From an uncultured Alphaproteobacteria bacterium (GTDB lineage Bacteria; Pseudomonadota; Alphaproteobacteria; Rhizobiales; Methyloligellaceae), in NCBI GenBank assembly GCA_963717875.1, contig CAVQXI010000006.1:85892-149891 (forward strand): DNA of 64,000 nucleotides, given 5' to 3'. Position 1 is the stretch's first letter; every line of letters starts with the position of its first letter. A program made the position numbers and the translations under genes. Shown one piece after another: positions 63,241 to 64,000 of this stretch. The notes below the pieces were generated by a model. It searched no databases and was not told the origin of the DNA. It worked only from the letters and a program-made list of their open reading frames with translations.

Positions 63241-63250
63241 CAGGGGAAGA

Positions 63251-63937
63251 CTAGACGCCCGCTGCCGGTGCCGGTCCCGTCTTGGGCGGCGTCGGCTGCG
63301 GGGAAGGCTCCGCACTGCCTTTGCGCTTCCAGCCGCGCGGCACGAGCCCGCACAGCGTGCTGCACGCTTTCTCCATATTGGCCAGCATGCGCTCGCCATT
63401 GCTCAAGCCGCGGTCGAGCGCGGCCATGGTCTTGTCGAGCGAAGGCGACGGGTCGTCGAGCCAGACCTGAAAGACCTTGCCGTAGACCGCCGCGAGTCCC
63501 GCGACCCGCACGGCCGCGGGGGCTCCGCCAAGCTTGGCGCCGGCGCCGGCCAGCATCCAGTATTGTGAAGCAAGCGTGGAGCAGGCGATGAGCGAGGCCT
63601 CGCCCGGGCGGCGGCGCAAGTAACAGGCGATGCGCTTCAGCGCCGGCTTGTACGGCCCCAGCACCTCGAAGCGCGTCATGATGATGTCGAACAGCCGGTC
63701 GCGGACGCTTCCGTCGGGACCGCCTTGCCGCACCTTGGCCAGGACCTCGGCGTCGACCTCGGCCTGGAAGGCACGCAAGATGTCGCTCTTGCAGGCGAAC
63801 TCGCGCCTGAGATCGGCAAGGTCGAGACCGGCCTGCCGCGCAATGTCGGCAAGGGTGATGTCGCCCCAATCGCGCTGTTGCGCCAGCTCCAGCGCGGCCC
63901 GCACCGCTTTGCTGCGTTTGGAGAACTCGTCGAACAT
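63251..63937 (-). CDS. TetR/COQ9-like HTH protein
   Basis: AALELA....W..ITLADIA..AG, RDRLFD..M.RF, WLDD..P.L..TMAALDR.L. Confidence 0.85.
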   Translation of the reverse strand: MFDEFSKRSKAVRAALELAQQRDWGDITLADIARQAGLDLADLRREFACKSDILRAFQAEVDAEVLAKVRQGGPDGSVRDRLFDIIMTRFEVLGPYKPALKRIACYLRRRPGEASLIACSTLASQYWMLAGAGAKLGGAPAAVRVAGLAAVYGKVFQVWLDDPSPSLDKTMAALDRGLSNGERMLANMEKACSTLCGLVPRGWKRKGSAEPSPQPTPPKTGPAPAAGV

Positions 63938-64000
63938 GGGCGTACTCCTAGGCGTGCTTCTTGGACCCTAAAGATAGGTACTTTTGGTGGCCATCTGAAG

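Overview
High-GC alphaproteobacterial chromosome segment. Gene content and order suggest Hyphomicrobiales, possibly Methyloceanibacter-like; this is an inference. It holds about 70 mostly housekeeping or metabolic CDS: a DUF853 ATPase, mutA-mutB-(cupredoxin-FTR1)-meaB, trxB, an OPT transporter, two phasins, two MltB-type lytic transglycosylases, a class V aminotransferase, an EF-G paralog, aspartate aminotransferase, uvrB, a stand-alone LigD ligase domain, rlpA, a cold-shock protein, RNase T2, uvrC-pgsA-moaD-moaE, bluB, ilvE and marR-ompR-envZ-like genes. I found no rRNA, tRNA, CRISPR array, transposase or integrase. Eight genes carry small frameshifts, nearly all +1, which most likely reflects long-read error. 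The signals most worth a second look are: (i) three FNR/FixK-type promoters, driving DUF2267, a ~175-nt candidate sRNA, and a DUF3072 gene whose long structured leader hides its RBS; (ii) a coupled pair of a miniaturised sortase substrate and a catalytically degenerate proteobacterial sortase; (iii) a ~670-nt highly structured non-coding element; (iv) an AT-richer, 5'-truncated GHKL ATPase / PD-(D/E)XK nuclease gene; (v) an orphan bufferin-like (BufA2) precursor and a distant DoxX gene that share an upstream motif. All family assignments come from motif recognition by eye; no database search was run.
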